DNA of 33,625 nt from Patescibacteria group bacterium UBA2193. GTDB lineage: Bacteria; Patescibacteriota; Minisyncoccia; Moranbacterales; DUUL01. The notes beneath the pieces are model-generated. The model had not been told where the DNA came from and ran no database searches. It was given only the letters and a program-made list of their open reading frames with translations. The translations under genes were made by a program, and so were the position numbers. How positions within the stretch are numbered: the stretch's first letter is position 1; each line of letters begins with the position of its first letter. The DNA lies in NCBI GenBank assembly GCA_002327335.1, contig DCVH01000021.1:1-33625 (forward strand). The letters run 5' to 3'. Positions 23,980 through 33,190 of this stretch are shown piece by piece.

Positions 23980-26217
23980 TTAATTTTTCTTTTTTTCGAC
24001 TACATATTCCTTTCGATCCAAATATTCTTGTGACTTTCCGGCATTCCATTGTTGAACCGGGCGAATATAGCCAACGATTCTGGAATAGACTTCGCAATTC
24101 TGCTCAATGACACATTTTGGACAAGTTTTGTGCTCACCGGAAAGATATCCATGAACCGGGCAAACACTGAAAGTTGGAGAAAGGGTGAAATATGGAAGCT
24201 TGTAATTTGTTGCCACTCTTTTCACTAATGATTTTGTTGTTTCAATATCATTCAATCTTTCTCCGAGGAACATGTGAAGAACTGTTCCTCCGGTGTATTT
24301 TGTTTGAAGATTGTCTTGAAGATCAAGTGCTTCAAAAACATCATCTGTGTGGCCAACCGGCAACTGACTTGAATTAGTGTAATAAGGCTCCGCTCCTTTT
24401 TCAACATCTCCGTTGTTTGCAAAAATCATTTTTGGAAATCGCTTTTTATCTTTCAACGCAAGTCGATATCCAGTTCCTTCAGCAGGAGTTGCTTCCAAGT
24501 TATAGAGATGATTAGTCTCCTTTTGAAATTCAACCATTTGCTCTCGCATATGAACCAAAACTTCTTCGGCAAATTTCAATCCTTTTTTGGTGGTTATTTT
24601 TTCTCCAGAAAAATTCACAATCGCTTCATTTAAACCAACAATCCCAATGGTCGAGAAATGATTTGACCAATATGCTCCTCTTCTTTTGTAAATGTTCTTG
24701 AGATAAAATTTTGAATAAGGATAAAGACCAATTTCAGTAAGAGTTTCTACGGTTTTTCTTTTGATTTCAAGACTTTCTTTTGCCAACTCCATCAAAGCAT
24801 CCAGTCTCTTATAAAAATCTTTTTTGTCCTCTGAGAGATAGCCGATGCGAGGAAGATTGATTGTCACAACTCCAATTGATCCTGTCAAAGGAGCTGCTCC
24901 GAAAAGTCCACCCATTCGTTTGTGAAGCTCCCGATTATCCAATCTCAAACGACAACACATCGATCTTGCATCATCCGGATCCATATCAGAATTAATGAAA
25001 TTGGCAAAATATGGCACACCATATTTAGCAGTCATTTCCCAGACCGGGTTGAGATTTTTGTTATCCCAATCAAAATCTTTAGTAACGTTATAGGTCGGAA
25101 TTGGAAAAGTAAAGATTCGCCCCTGAGCATCCCCTTCGGTCATCACTTCCGCAAAAGCTCTGTTGATCATATCCATCTCTTTCTGAAACTCCTTGTAAGT
25201 TTCTTTTTGTGGTTCTCCCCCAATAATCACCGCTTGATCTCGATAGGTTTTTGGACACTCCAAATCCATCGTAAGATTGGTAAAAGGGGTCTGAAATCCC
25301 ACTCGAGTTGGAACATTGAGATTGAAAATGAATTCCTGCATCGCTTGTTTCACTGCCTCATAATCAAGCTTGTCAAATCTGATGAAAGGAGCCATCAGGG
25401 TGTCAAAATTTGAAAATGCCTGCGCCCCGGCTGCCTCACCTTGAGTGGTATAGAAAAAATTCACAAGTTGTCCCAATGCCGGTCGAAGATGCTTTGGCGG
25501 TTTGCAAGAAATTTTTCCAGAAACTCCAGTGAACCCTTGAGTCAACAAATCCTGCAAATCCCAACCACAGCAATAGGCAGCAACTTTGTCGAGATCATGA
25601 ATATGAAAATCTCCTTCTTCATGAGCTCTTTTGACTGACTTTGGATAAACTCTTTCCATCCAATACTTACTGCTCACGATGGATGAAATATAATTGTTCA
25701 GTCCTTGAAGAGAATAGGCCATATTGGAATTTTCTTTGACTTGCCAATCGATTTCTTTGATGTATTGATCAACAAGATCAACCGCTTCATCAAGTGATGC
25801 TTCTGTGTCTCTGATTTTTCGTCTTTTTTCTCGATAAAGAATATAGGCTTTGGCGGTATCATCGAAATCAAGAATCATCAAAACTTTTTCCACAAGATCT
25901 TGAAGTTCTTCAATGTGAGGAATATAGCCTGGTCGAGAATTTTTATTAAGCATTTGAACGACTTTTTTGGTGACTTCTTTGGCTTTTGTCATGCTCCCCT
26001 CACCGGTCTCTCTGAAAGCTTTGTAAACAGCTTCCGCAACCTTATCTTGCTGAAAACGAGCAATTGATCCGTCTCGCTTGATTATTTTCTTAATATTATT
26101 TGTCACTCTTTTTGGTTGTTTTTTAGCAACTTTAACTTTTGCAACAACTTTCTTTGCTTTTTCAGCAGCTTTTTCATTCTTCACCATTTGGTTTTTCTTT
26201 TTTTTCTGTTTTTTCAT
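23980..26217 (-). CDS. nrdD: Anaerobic ribonucleoside-triphosphate reductase (class III)
   Basis: 745 aa. It has a Lys-rich N-terminal tail, an ATP-cone (IIKRDGSIARF), a core with the MCCRLRLD-type motif, and a C-terminal Zn site plus RIVGY glycyl-radical motif. Confidence 0.95.
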   Translation of the reverse strand: MKKQKKKKNQMVKNEKAAEKAKKVVAKVKVAKKQPKRVTNNIKKIIKRDGSIARFQQDKVAEAVYKAFRETGEGSMTKAKEVTKKVVQMLNKNSRPGYIPHIEELQDLVEKVLMILDFDDTAKAYILYREKRRKIRDTEASLDEAVDLVDQYIKEIDWQVKENSNMAYSLQGLNNYISSIVSSKYWMERVYPKSVKRAHEEGDFHIHDLDKVAAYCCGWDLQDLLTQGFTGVSGKISCKPPKHLRPALGQLVNFFYTTQGEAAGAQAFSNFDTLMAPFIRFDKLDYEAVKQAMQEFIFNLNVPTRVGFQTPFTNLTMDLECPKTYRDQAVIIGGEPQKETYKEFQKEMDMINRAFAEVMTEGDAQGRIFTFPIPTYNVTKDFDWDNKNLNPVWEMTAKYGVPYFANFINSDMDPDDARSMCCRLRLDNRELHKRMGGLFGAAPLTGSIGVVTINLPRIGYLSEDKKDFYKRLDALMELAKESLEIKRKTVETLTEIGLYPYSKFYLKNIYKRRGAYWSNHFSTIGIVGLNEAIVNFSGEKITTKKGLKFAEEVLVHMREQMVEFQKETNHLYNLEATPAEGTGYRLALKDKKRFPKMIFANNGDVEKGAEPYYTNSSQLPVGHTDDVFEALDLQDNLQTKYTGGTVLHMFLGERLNDIETTKSLVKRVATNYKLPYFTLSPTFSVCPVHGYLSGEHKTCPKCVIEQNCEVYSRIVGYIRPVQQWNAGKSQEYLDRKEYVVEKKKN

Positions 26218-26450
26218 TTTCGTACTCCCCCGAGTTTAGTTAATTAAAAATATACTAATCTATAAATTACAAATTAAAAATCCTAAATTCCAAACAAACA
26301 CCAATATCCAAATTCAAAAAAAACAAAACTGTAAAATCGAAAATTTATTTGAAATTTGGAATCTTGAATTTTGATGAAAAAGACTAAAAATTTTCCTTAA
26401 TTCCATAATTCTTTATTCCCATTCAAGATTCAACATTCTTAATTCTAATA

Positions 26451-26891
26451 TTATAATTGTTCCAATTCCTTAATAAATCTTTTCCCAGATCCAAACGATT
26501 TGAACACTGAAGCAAACCTCAAATATGAAACTTCATCTCGCTCTTTCAATTTTGCCAACACAATATTTCCAATTTCCTTTGTGGCTATTTCAGTTTTTCC
26601 GCAAACATTTATTTGAGATTCAATATCGGAAACCAATTGCTCCACTTCAACTTCTGTCAATCTTTTGTTCGTTGCTCTCTTGAGACTCTCTTCTAGTTTC
26701 TCCTTTTTATACTCCTCCTTGTCTCCATTTCTTTTGACCACCAACAAATTCAAAATTTCAACTTGCTCATAGGTTGAAAATCTTCCTTTACACTTCTCGC
26801 ATTCTCTCCGACGACGAATCGTCCTCCCTCCGTCCGTTTCTCGGGAATCCACCACTTTCGTATCATCATGATTGCAATGAGGACATTTCAT
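26451..26891 (-). CDS. nrdR: Transcriptional repressor NrdR
   Basis: MKCPHCNHDDTKVVDSRE zinc ribbon (plus a second CxxC) and an ATP-cone. The start is set at the internal ATG. Confidence 0.9.
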   Translation of the reverse strand: MKCPHCNHDDTKVVDSRETDGGRTIRRRRECEKCKGRFSTYEQVEILNLLVVKRNGDKEEYKKEKLEESLKRATNKRLTEVEVEQLVSDIESQINVCGKTEIATKEIGNIVLAKLKERDEVSYLRFASVFKSFGSGKRFIKELEQL

Positions 26892-26964
26892 AAATATTGC
26901 TGTTATTGTGTATTTTTTGTTTAAATTTACTATATGTTGTGGTCTAAACCAACCTTGTAACACT

Positions 26965-26993
26965 ATTATATTTCACCCCAAAAATCTTGTCAA
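26965..26993 (-). promoter_or_regulatory. Consensus sigma-70 promoter of nrdR
   Basis: Minus strand reads TTGACA (26988-26993), exactly 17 nt, TATAAT (26965-26970). Confidence 0.7.
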
Positions 26994-27077
26994 GCCCTGG
27001 ACTGGTTTTTGGTTAATAGCTTCTAGTTTGTGGCTTTTTGTGGGAAAAATCATCGATGACCAATAAATTGTTCCTTA

Positions 27078-27106
27078 TTGAATAAACAAAACAAATAAGC
27101 TAAGAT
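27078..27106 (+). promoter_or_regulatory. Possible promoter
   Basis: TTGAAT, 17 nt, TAAGAT, ending about 34 nt upstream of the ATG at 27140. Confidence 0.35.
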
Positions 27107-27139
27107 GGGAATAATAACAAAAAAATCAGATAAAAACCT

Positions 27140-27940
27140 ATGTTAAATTTCGCTGCCATCATTCCTCATCCCCCATCTATCATCCCGGGAGCACCAAAAT
27201 CGGGGCTTTCTGCGGCAAAAAAAACGATTCGCGCGCTGGATGAACTTGGTGAAGAACTGAAAAGATTCCAGCCTCACACTATCATCATCATGTCTCCGCA
27301 TGGACCGATGCGATATGATAAATTCACAATCAACCTCAAAGAAGATTATAAAGGCAGTTTTGCGCATTTTGGAATTGAAAATGAAGAAACCTATTCTTTC
27401 AGAAACAACAAGTTTCTTTCAACCAAAATTCTGCAAAGAATGCGGGCTATTAACTCCCCTATTGAGCCAATTATGGAAGAAAATATTGACTATGGCTCAT
27501 TAATTCCTCTTCATTATCTGACAAAGTCGATGATAAAAAAACCGAAAGTGATTCTTCTGACATTCAACTCCCAAAACTGGAAAGCTCATTTTGATTTCGG
27601 TTGTCGCATCAAGGAAGCTTTAAATGAAACGGAATATAATGTCGCTTTCATCGCCAGTGCGGACCTCTCTCATCGAATCTCCGAAGACTCTCCGGCCGGT
27701 TATTCTCCCTATGGAATCAAATTTGATCAAACTCTGACAAAACTTCTCAAAAAAAACGATCTTGAAAAACTTCTTGATCTTAATCCGGAATTTTCAGAAG
27801 AAGCCGGAGAATGCGGCCTGAGATCAATCATGACAGCACTCGGAGTGGTGAACAGCTCCGGAGCAGAATTTATCCAATTTTCCTATGAACACCCTTTCGG
27901 AATCGGACACCTGGCCGGAAGATGGAAGCTTAAAAAGTAA
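27140..27940 (+). CDS. LigB-superfamily (class III extradiol dioxygenase subunit B / Memo-like) protein
   Basis: AAIIPHPPSIIP, IIIMSPHGP and ASADLSHR are spaced like the His-rich metal site of that fold. Subfamily is uncertain. Confidence 0.5.
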   Translation: MLNFAAIIPHPPSIIPGAPKSGLSAAKKTIRALDELGEELKRFQPHTIIIMSPHGPMRYDKFTINLKEDYKGSFAHFGIENEETYSFRNNKFLSTKILQRMRAINSPIEPIMEENIDYGSLIPLHYLTKSMIKKPKVILLTFNSQNWKAHFDFGCRIKEALNETEYNVAFIASADLSHRISEDSPAGYSPYGIKFDQTLTKLLKKNDLEKLLDLNPEFSEEAGECGLRSIMTALGVVNSSGAEFIQFSYEHPFGIGHLAGRWKLKK

Positions 27941-27958
27941 TCTTGCTATCATCTTAAA

Positions 27959-28040
27959 CTAGGCGGAAAGTATATCTTTTTATCCAAACAAGTCGCTTTG
28001 CTTTGTCTAAGGTGGATAAAAAAATATACTTTCCGCCTAG
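27959..28040. repeat. 82-bp near-perfect palindrome (27-bp arms, 28-nt spacer)
   Basis: ctaggcggaaagtatatctttttatcc (27959-27985) pairs with ggataaaaaaatatactttccgcctag (28014-28040), matching at 26 of 27 positions. Confidence 0.8.
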
Positions 28041-28118
28041 CACTAATAGGTCATAATGACCAAAATAAAAAATTCAAAAAAGTGATTTGGAACATTTGAA
28101 TTTAATATTTTGAATTTA

Positions 28119-28138
28119 CCTGTCTGCCGGTAGGCAGG
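28119..28138. repeat. P2 palindromic element
   Basis: cctgtctgccggtaggcagg is the reverse-orientation copy of 15936-15955. Confidence 0.6.
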
Positions 28139-28175
28139 TTCAAAATTTGTAATTTAGAATTTAGTGCTTCTCGAT

Positions 28176-30158
28176 ATGAATTATTACGAAATAATCCCAC
28201 TCACTCGAATATCACTTGGACACAGTCCTGCTTTCACCTATTCAAGCAAGGAAATTTTTGAGTTTGGTGATTTAGTGGAAATTGATTTTGCTAATAAAAA
28301 AATCAAAGGAATTGTTGAATTAAAAAAATCTTCAAAACCTCCCTATAAAACGAAGCCGATTCTCAAGCTTTTGCAAAAAAATGCCATCGATGAAAACCAG
28401 TTGGAATTGGCACAAAAAATTTCCCGCTACTATCTGACCGGACTTGGGATTGTTCTGAAATTTTTCATTACCAATCCAACAAAAAAATTAACCGCCCCCA
28501 CCAATCCTCAAGGAAAATCTTCTACTCAAAAAAAAGAAAAGATTACCCTAACACTGAATCAAAAAAAAGTAGTTAAAGAAATTAATTTCGCTGGTCAAAA
28601 AATTAAAAAATTTCTTGTCGCCGGTCCAGCCTCCTCCGGAAAAACAGAAATTGCGATGAGTTGCGTGGAAAAAACATTAAAAGAAAAAAAGCAATGTCTC
28701 ATTATTATCCCGGAAATTTTTCTTTCCTATCAAGAGATAGACCGCTATTTCAAGCGATTTGAAAGTCATGGCGTCGCTCTTTTCCATTCAAATCTCTTGG
28801 CCTCTCAGAAAAATTTCATCAAAAACGGAATCAAAAACGGAACTCTGAATTTGATTATTTCTACCAAGACTGGATGTTTTCTCCCGTTCAAAAAACTTGG
28901 ATTTATCGCAGTTGATGAAGAACAAGATGTCTCACACAAACAATGGGATCAAAGTCCACGCTATCACGTCAGAAAAACCGCCACATGGCTTCAAGAAATT
29001 CACACCGCCAAACTCATTTTTCTCACCGCCACTCCTTCCATGGAAATCCTCAAGGAAAGCCAAGAAAAATCAATGAAACATTTGAAATTGCCGATGCTTG
29101 AACTAAAGAAAATCAAAGTAGCAAAGCCGACTTTTGAATTTGTTAATATTTTGCAATATTTTTATAAGAAAAAATCAAACATCATCATCTCGAATGAACT
29201 GAAAATCGACATCGGCAATGCCCTGCAAAAAAAACAAACTTCTTTCATTCTTGTGCAAAGAAGGGGCAAAGGAAAATCGCTCATGTGCCTTGATTGTAAA
29301 AGCAAAATATCATGTCCAAAATGCAATCTCCCTCTTGTTCAAGTTGGCGAAAAATATCAATGTCTCCATTGCAATTTCAAAATTTCCAACTTCTCACGCT
29401 GTCCAAAATGTCGAAGCCTCAGAATCGTTAATCTGGGATTCGGGACTGAAACAGCTTATGAAAAAATCAAAACAATTTTTCCGAAAGCTCGCATTGAAAT
29501 TATCGACCAGACCGCTTTGAAAAAAAAGAATTTCAGGGAAAACCTTTTCAAAAAACTTCAAACGCAAGAAATTGATATTCTGATTGGCACACAATCTATT
29601 ATCAAAGGATTCGATTTACCAAACATCTCACTGACTGCTGTTCTCAACGCTGAAAGCTGGAGTGGAAAAAGCGACTTCAAATTTGATGAACGATGGCTCG
29701 GAAGCCTCTTTCAAATCGCCGGCAGAGTCAATCGCCCCGGAAGCCTTCAAAACGGCAAATTCTTTATCCAAACATTCAACCCGCAAAACCCGCTTTTCAA
29801 CCATTTGAAAAAATGGGATTGGAAAGATTTTGCAAACAATGAAATTGAAACAAGAAAGGCAGTCGACTACCCTCCTTTTTCTCGATTTATTAAAATAATT
29901 CACAGAGACATTGATAAAAGCAAAGTTGATAAAAACACCGAAAAGGTTTATAATCAACTTCAAAGGGCAAAAGCAAAAGAAATTCTATCAATTACCCCGC
30001 CTTTTTATGGGAATATTGAAAAAATGAGAGATTCCTACCAAAAATTCATCCTAATAAAAACAAAACCAGTCAAAGAATATTCCCCGATTTTAAAGAAAAT
30101 ATTCAACAAATTGGGAGAAAACTGGTATTTTGATGTTGATCCGGAGAACATCTTTTAA
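28176..30158 (+). CDS. priA: Primosomal protein N' (replication restart helicase)
   Basis: Walker A GPASSGKTE, VDEEQD, a Cys-rich Zn-binding insert (CLDCKS..CPKC..CLHC..CPKC) and LIGTQSIIKGFD. The ATG at 28176 is preferred over the GTG at 28164. Confidence 0.9.
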   Translation: MNYYEIIPLTRISLGHSPAFTYSSKEIFEFGDLVEIDFANKKIKGIVELKKSSKPPYKTKPILKLLQKNAIDENQLELAQKISRYYLTGLGIVLKFFITNPTKKLTAPTNPQGKSSTQKKEKITLTLNQKKVVKEINFAGQKIKKFLVAGPASSGKTEIAMSCVEKTLKEKKQCLIIIPEIFLSYQEIDRYFKRFESHGVALFHSNLLASQKNFIKNGIKNGTLNLIISTKTGCFLPFKKLGFIAVDEEQDVSHKQWDQSPRYHVRKTATWLQEIHTAKLIFLTATPSMEILKESQEKSMKHLKLPMLELKKIKVAKPTFEFVNILQYFYKKKSNIIISNELKIDIGNALQKKQTSFILVQRRGKGKSLMCLDCKSKISCPKCNLPLVQVGEKYQCLHCNFKISNFSRCPKCRSLRIVNLGFGTETAYEKIKTIFPKARIEIIDQTALKKKNFRENLFKKLQTQEIDILIGTQSIIKGFDLPNISLTAVLNAESWSGKSDFKFDERWLGSLFQIAGRVNRPGSLQNGKFFIQTFNPQNPLFNHLKKWDWKDFANNEIETRKAVDYPPFSRFIKIIHRDIDKSKVDKNTEKVYNQLQRAKAKEILSITPPFYGNIEKMRDSYQKFILIKTKPVKEYSPILKKIFNKLGENWYFDVDPENIF

Positions 30159-30189
30159 ACAACGATATTAGAACGTGGTCAATCAAATA

Positions 30190-30269
30190 GGTAATTATTT
30201 TTTCACTGACTAAAACTTCGTTCATTTTGTATTTTAAGGTGAGTTTTAATACGTTCAAAAATAATCACC
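30190..30269. repeat. MITE-like element family M1, copy B
   Basis: Inverse-orientation copy of 2083-2164. Terminal inverted repeats are ggtaattattttt / aaaaataatcacc. Confidence 0.7.
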
Positions 30270-30295
30270 TATTCGATTAAAGAATGGAATAAAAT

Positions 30296-30440
30296 CACAA
30301 GTTTAATAATCTTGAATAATTTTTAATTTTTGAATTCTTAATTTTATAAATAAACCTAACTTTTTAATGTTTAAAAATTGAAACATTGGAAATTATTTAA
30401 AAAATTATAAAATTAAAAATTATAAAATTTTAACTTACGC
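30296..30440. repeat. AT-rich intergenic block (AT1)
   Basis: Contains the 37-mer aatttttaatttttgaattcttaattttataaataaa (30318-30354). The distal arm aaaattataaaattaaaaattataaaat is its imperfect inverse. Confidence 0.55.
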
Positions 30441-30492
30441 CCAAACACCTCTCAAGCAAACTAAAAACCCCATAACCAATAAATAACAATAA

Positions 30493-30939
30493 ATGAACAT
30501 CCTGAAATATCCAAATCCAATTTTAAGGGAAAAATCAGAAGAAATAAAAGACCCAACTGATCCAAAAATCAAACAACTCATTCTTGATATGACGAAAACC
30601 CTTCGTGCCAATCAAGGTCTCGGATTGGCTGCTCCGCAAGTCGGCGTGAATGTCCGTCTTTGCATCATTGAGATCGAAAATGAACTTTTCGTGTTAATTA
30701 ATCCTGAAATCAAAAACGAATCAGACGAAAAAATTATCGCCGAAGAAGGATGTCTCTCTTTCCCAGGAAAGTTTATGCCCGTTGAAAGAAGCAAGCGAGT
30801 GAAAGTCAAGGCCATCGACGCCAGCGGAAAAAGCCAAATAATCCGCGCCCGAGGTCTTTTCGCCCGAGCCCTCCAACACGAAATCGACCACCTTAACGGA
30901 GAATTATTCATAGACAAAGTCACAGAACAGGAAAATTAA
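30493..30939 (+). CDS. def: Peptide deformylase
   Basis: GLAAPQVG, EGCLSFPG and QHEIDHLNG motifs are present. Confidence 0.95.
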   Translation: MNILKYPNPILREKSEEIKDPTDPKIKQLILDMTKTLRANQGLGLAAPQVGVNVRLCIIEIENELFVLINPEIKNESDEKIIAEEGCLSFPGKFMPVERSKRVKVKAIDASGKSQIIRARGLFARALQHEIDHLNGELFIDKVTEQEN

Positions 30940-31044
30940 ATCTAAAAAAGTTTGCATAACCTACGAATTATTGCTATTAAAAAATTAAAAGTTTGCACAA
31001 AAACTAGTTAGGCGAAATAAATTTTATTCAAATTCAATTAACAT

Positions 31045-31674
31045 ATGTCTCCGGAAGAAAAGAAAAAACATGATGAGAGAGAAAAGCAGGTGCTCACTTT
31101 TCTAACACAGTCAACAGAAGAGATTAATCAAGCCTTTTCGATTATTGAAGGTAAGTCAATCATAAATGATAGACCCAAGTTGATACTTGTGTTTACGGCG
31201 CTGGATATTTTTTATACTTATTGGCAAGAATATTTGGGTGAAAAAGTTTCACAAAAAGTAGGATTTCCATCTTGGATTGATAGTTTTTGTTTCGTTGAAG
31301 AAAACAATGCGTACCAATCAAATCAATGCTTGAAAAAAGTGACCTCACGACAGTTATATGAATTAAGAAATTCTCTGGTTCACTTCTATGGACTAAGGCG
31401 CAAAACGGACAACATTAACTTAATGGTCATATCAGACTTAAAAGACAAAAAATACATCGACGAGTTAACTCAAAAATTTGATGAAAAAACCAAGGAAGTT
31501 AATGTTATCTTACAACCTAAGTTCCTTAGAGATTTAATATGGGAAGGCGGAATTTTAATGATGGAAAAAATGATTAATAATCTGAAAATTTCTCCCAAAA
31601 AACATGTCGAAGGTATAAAAAATATTCATACTGAAGTAATTGAACGTGGGGCAGCCCGAATTGAATTTGAATAA
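31045..31674 (+). CDS. Hypothetical protein with HEPN-like Rx4H motif
   Basis: LYELRNSLVHFYGL contains R-N-x3-H, as in HEPN RNase domains (HepT/Abi-type). It is otherwise helical and unassigned. Confidence 0.45.
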   Translation: MSPEEKKKHDEREKQVLTFLTQSTEEINQAFSIIEGKSIINDRPKLILVFTALDIFYTYWQEYLGEKVSQKVGFPSWIDSFCFVEENNAYQSNQCLKKVTSRQLYELRNSLVHFYGLRRKTDNINLMVISDLKDKKYIDELTQKFDEKTKEVNVILQPKFLRDLIWEGGILMMEKMINNLKISPKKHVEGIKNIHTEVIERGAARIEFE

Positions 31675-31883
31675 AATTTACATCGCCTAACACCTGCATA
31701 TGCGGTTCCAAAGAAAAAACCACCAGTAGGATTTTTCCTTTCTTAGGATATTCCTCATTTAAGTCGGTAAGCTCATCGATGGAGCCAAGACATTTCACTC
31801 GCCATTACTCTGCCTTCCGAAACTGGTGGTGGAAATATGTTAACAAATTTGTTTTTAAAAAGCAACATCGCACAACACCAAAA

Positions 31884-32732
31884 ATGAAATCAATCAAATT
31901 ATATCAACATCTAGAAAAAGATTTTGTCACTCCCGAGATGAGTGATGAATGGGCGGAGTATATGGCTTCTATTGGAGATTTTCTTAGTGAGAACTTTAAG
32001 AAAAGATCCATAGGATTAGTTTGTGATTTTGCAACAGAAATCAACAAAGTATACACTGCTGTTTTTCCATCAAAAGAAGTTATGCAAATAATTTTAGATG
32101 ATGAGATTCAAGACGCTATGCTTTTTGTTCACCACCCATCCATATGGGACATCAGAAAAGCGCCAGAAGTTTTTCAGCAAATGGATAGAGACTTATTGCA
32201 ACAATTCAAAAACAGAAGAATTTCTATTTATAATCTTCATGTGCCTCTGGATAATTTCGGAGAATATTCAACAAGTGTAACTTTAGCAAGAGCATTGGGA
32301 ATAAAACCTGAAAAATCTTTTGCTCCTTACTTTGGCTCTATGTGTGGAGTTTTCGGAAAAACTGATGTGGCAACAGCTCAAGATTTAAGAAAAAAATTCC
32401 AAAAAGCTGTTGGCCACGAAGTTAGTTTGTATAATTATGGAGACAATGAAATCGAAGAAGGAATCGTTGCTGTTGTGGCTGGTGGCGGGCTGAATGAAAC
32501 AATCGAAGAAATTGCTCAAAACAATGTGCAGACCTTTATTACAGGTATTTCTGCAAAAAATGATCATTCAAAAAAAGCACACGAATTTGCCGAAAAACAC
32601 AGAATAAACATTCTCGGAGGAACACACTACTCAACTGAGAAATTTGCCTGTATGGCAATGTGTAAATATTTTAAAAAAATTGGATTGCCTTCAGATTTTA
32701 CAGAAGATAAAACTGTAATGGAGGATATGTAA
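31884..32732 (+). CDS. NIF3-family dinuclear metal centre protein (GTP cyclohydrolase 1 type 2 homologue)
   Basis: FVHHPSIWD, NLHVPLD and GGTHYSTEKF are present. The start is set at MKSIKLY. Confidence 0.8.
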   Translation: MKSIKLYQHLEKDFVTPEMSDEWAEYMASIGDFLSENFKKRSIGLVCDFATEINKVYTAVFPSKEVMQIILDDEIQDAMLFVHHPSIWDIRKAPEVFQQMDRDLLQQFKNRRISIYNLHVPLDNFGEYSTSVTLARALGIKPEKSFAPYFGSMCGVFGKTDVATAQDLRKKFQKAVGHEVSLYNYGDNEIEEGIVAVVAGGGLNETIEEIAQNNVQTFITGISAKNDHSKKAHEFAEKHRINILGGTHYSTEKFACMAMCKYFKKIGLPSDFTEDKTVMEDM

Positions 32733-32733
32733 A

Positions 32734-33144
32734 TTGCCCCTCAGCGACTTTCCTGCTCCAGTTCAGAAATTTCTCATGATCCAGATGTATAATTTTTTCA
32801 ATAATTTCATGATCGACAAGTCAACAATAAAGAAATATACAGGACGCATTCCGGCTTGTGGATGTTTCTGTGGTGGCTGTCCAGTTTATAACCGTGATAA
32901 AAATCCTTGTCTTGGTGCAGAAATTAATCTTGAAAGATGTGAGAAATGTACAAAATTTCATTTATGCTGCAAAGACAAAAAAATTAACCACTGTTATGAA
33001 TGCGATGAATTCCCTTGCAAAAAAATGAAAACCTTTTCCAAAAGTTGGTTAAAATACGGACAAGATTTTATTGAAAATCAAGAATTATTAAAAAGGGTTG
33101 GTGAGATAAAATTTAGAGAGCTGTATAACAAAAAAGCTACATGA
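32734..33144 (+). CDS. Cys-rich protein (DUF3795-like)
   Basis: ACGCFCGGCP, C..C..C and CYECDEFPC clusters are present. The start is uncertain: TTG at 32734, or ATG at 32776 or 32809. Confidence 0.5.
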   Translation: MPLSDFPAPVQKFLMIQMYNFFNNFMIDKSTIKKYTGRIPACGCFCGGCPVYNRDKNPCLGAEINLERCEKCTKFHLCCKDKKINHCYECDEFPCKKMKTFSKSWLKYGQDFIENQELLKRVGEIKFRELYNKKAT

Positions 33145-33190
33145 GAATTTTAGAATTCTACAAATTTTTTCAACTTATTTTTTGCTCATG

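Noticed and set aside
26218-26450. NrdR box directly upstream of nrdD (for example acaccaatatccaaat)
   Set aside because: Only the left half resembles the box, and there is no second box at helical-turn spacing.
27978-28022. DnaA-box-like 9-mers (ttatccaaa / ggtggataa) suggesting an origin
   Set aside because: There are only two sites, each matching 8 of 9 positions. They are mirror images because they sit in the palindrome arms. There is no box cluster, no AT-rich unwinding element arrangement and no dnaA or dnaN nearby.
31574-31798. 74-aa minus-strand ORF overlapping the 3' end of the HEPN-like gene
   Set aside because: It has no SD or promoter and overlaps the better-supported plus-strand gene by about 100 nt. 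Its composition resembles an antisense frame. It is kept only as a note in the HEPN finding.
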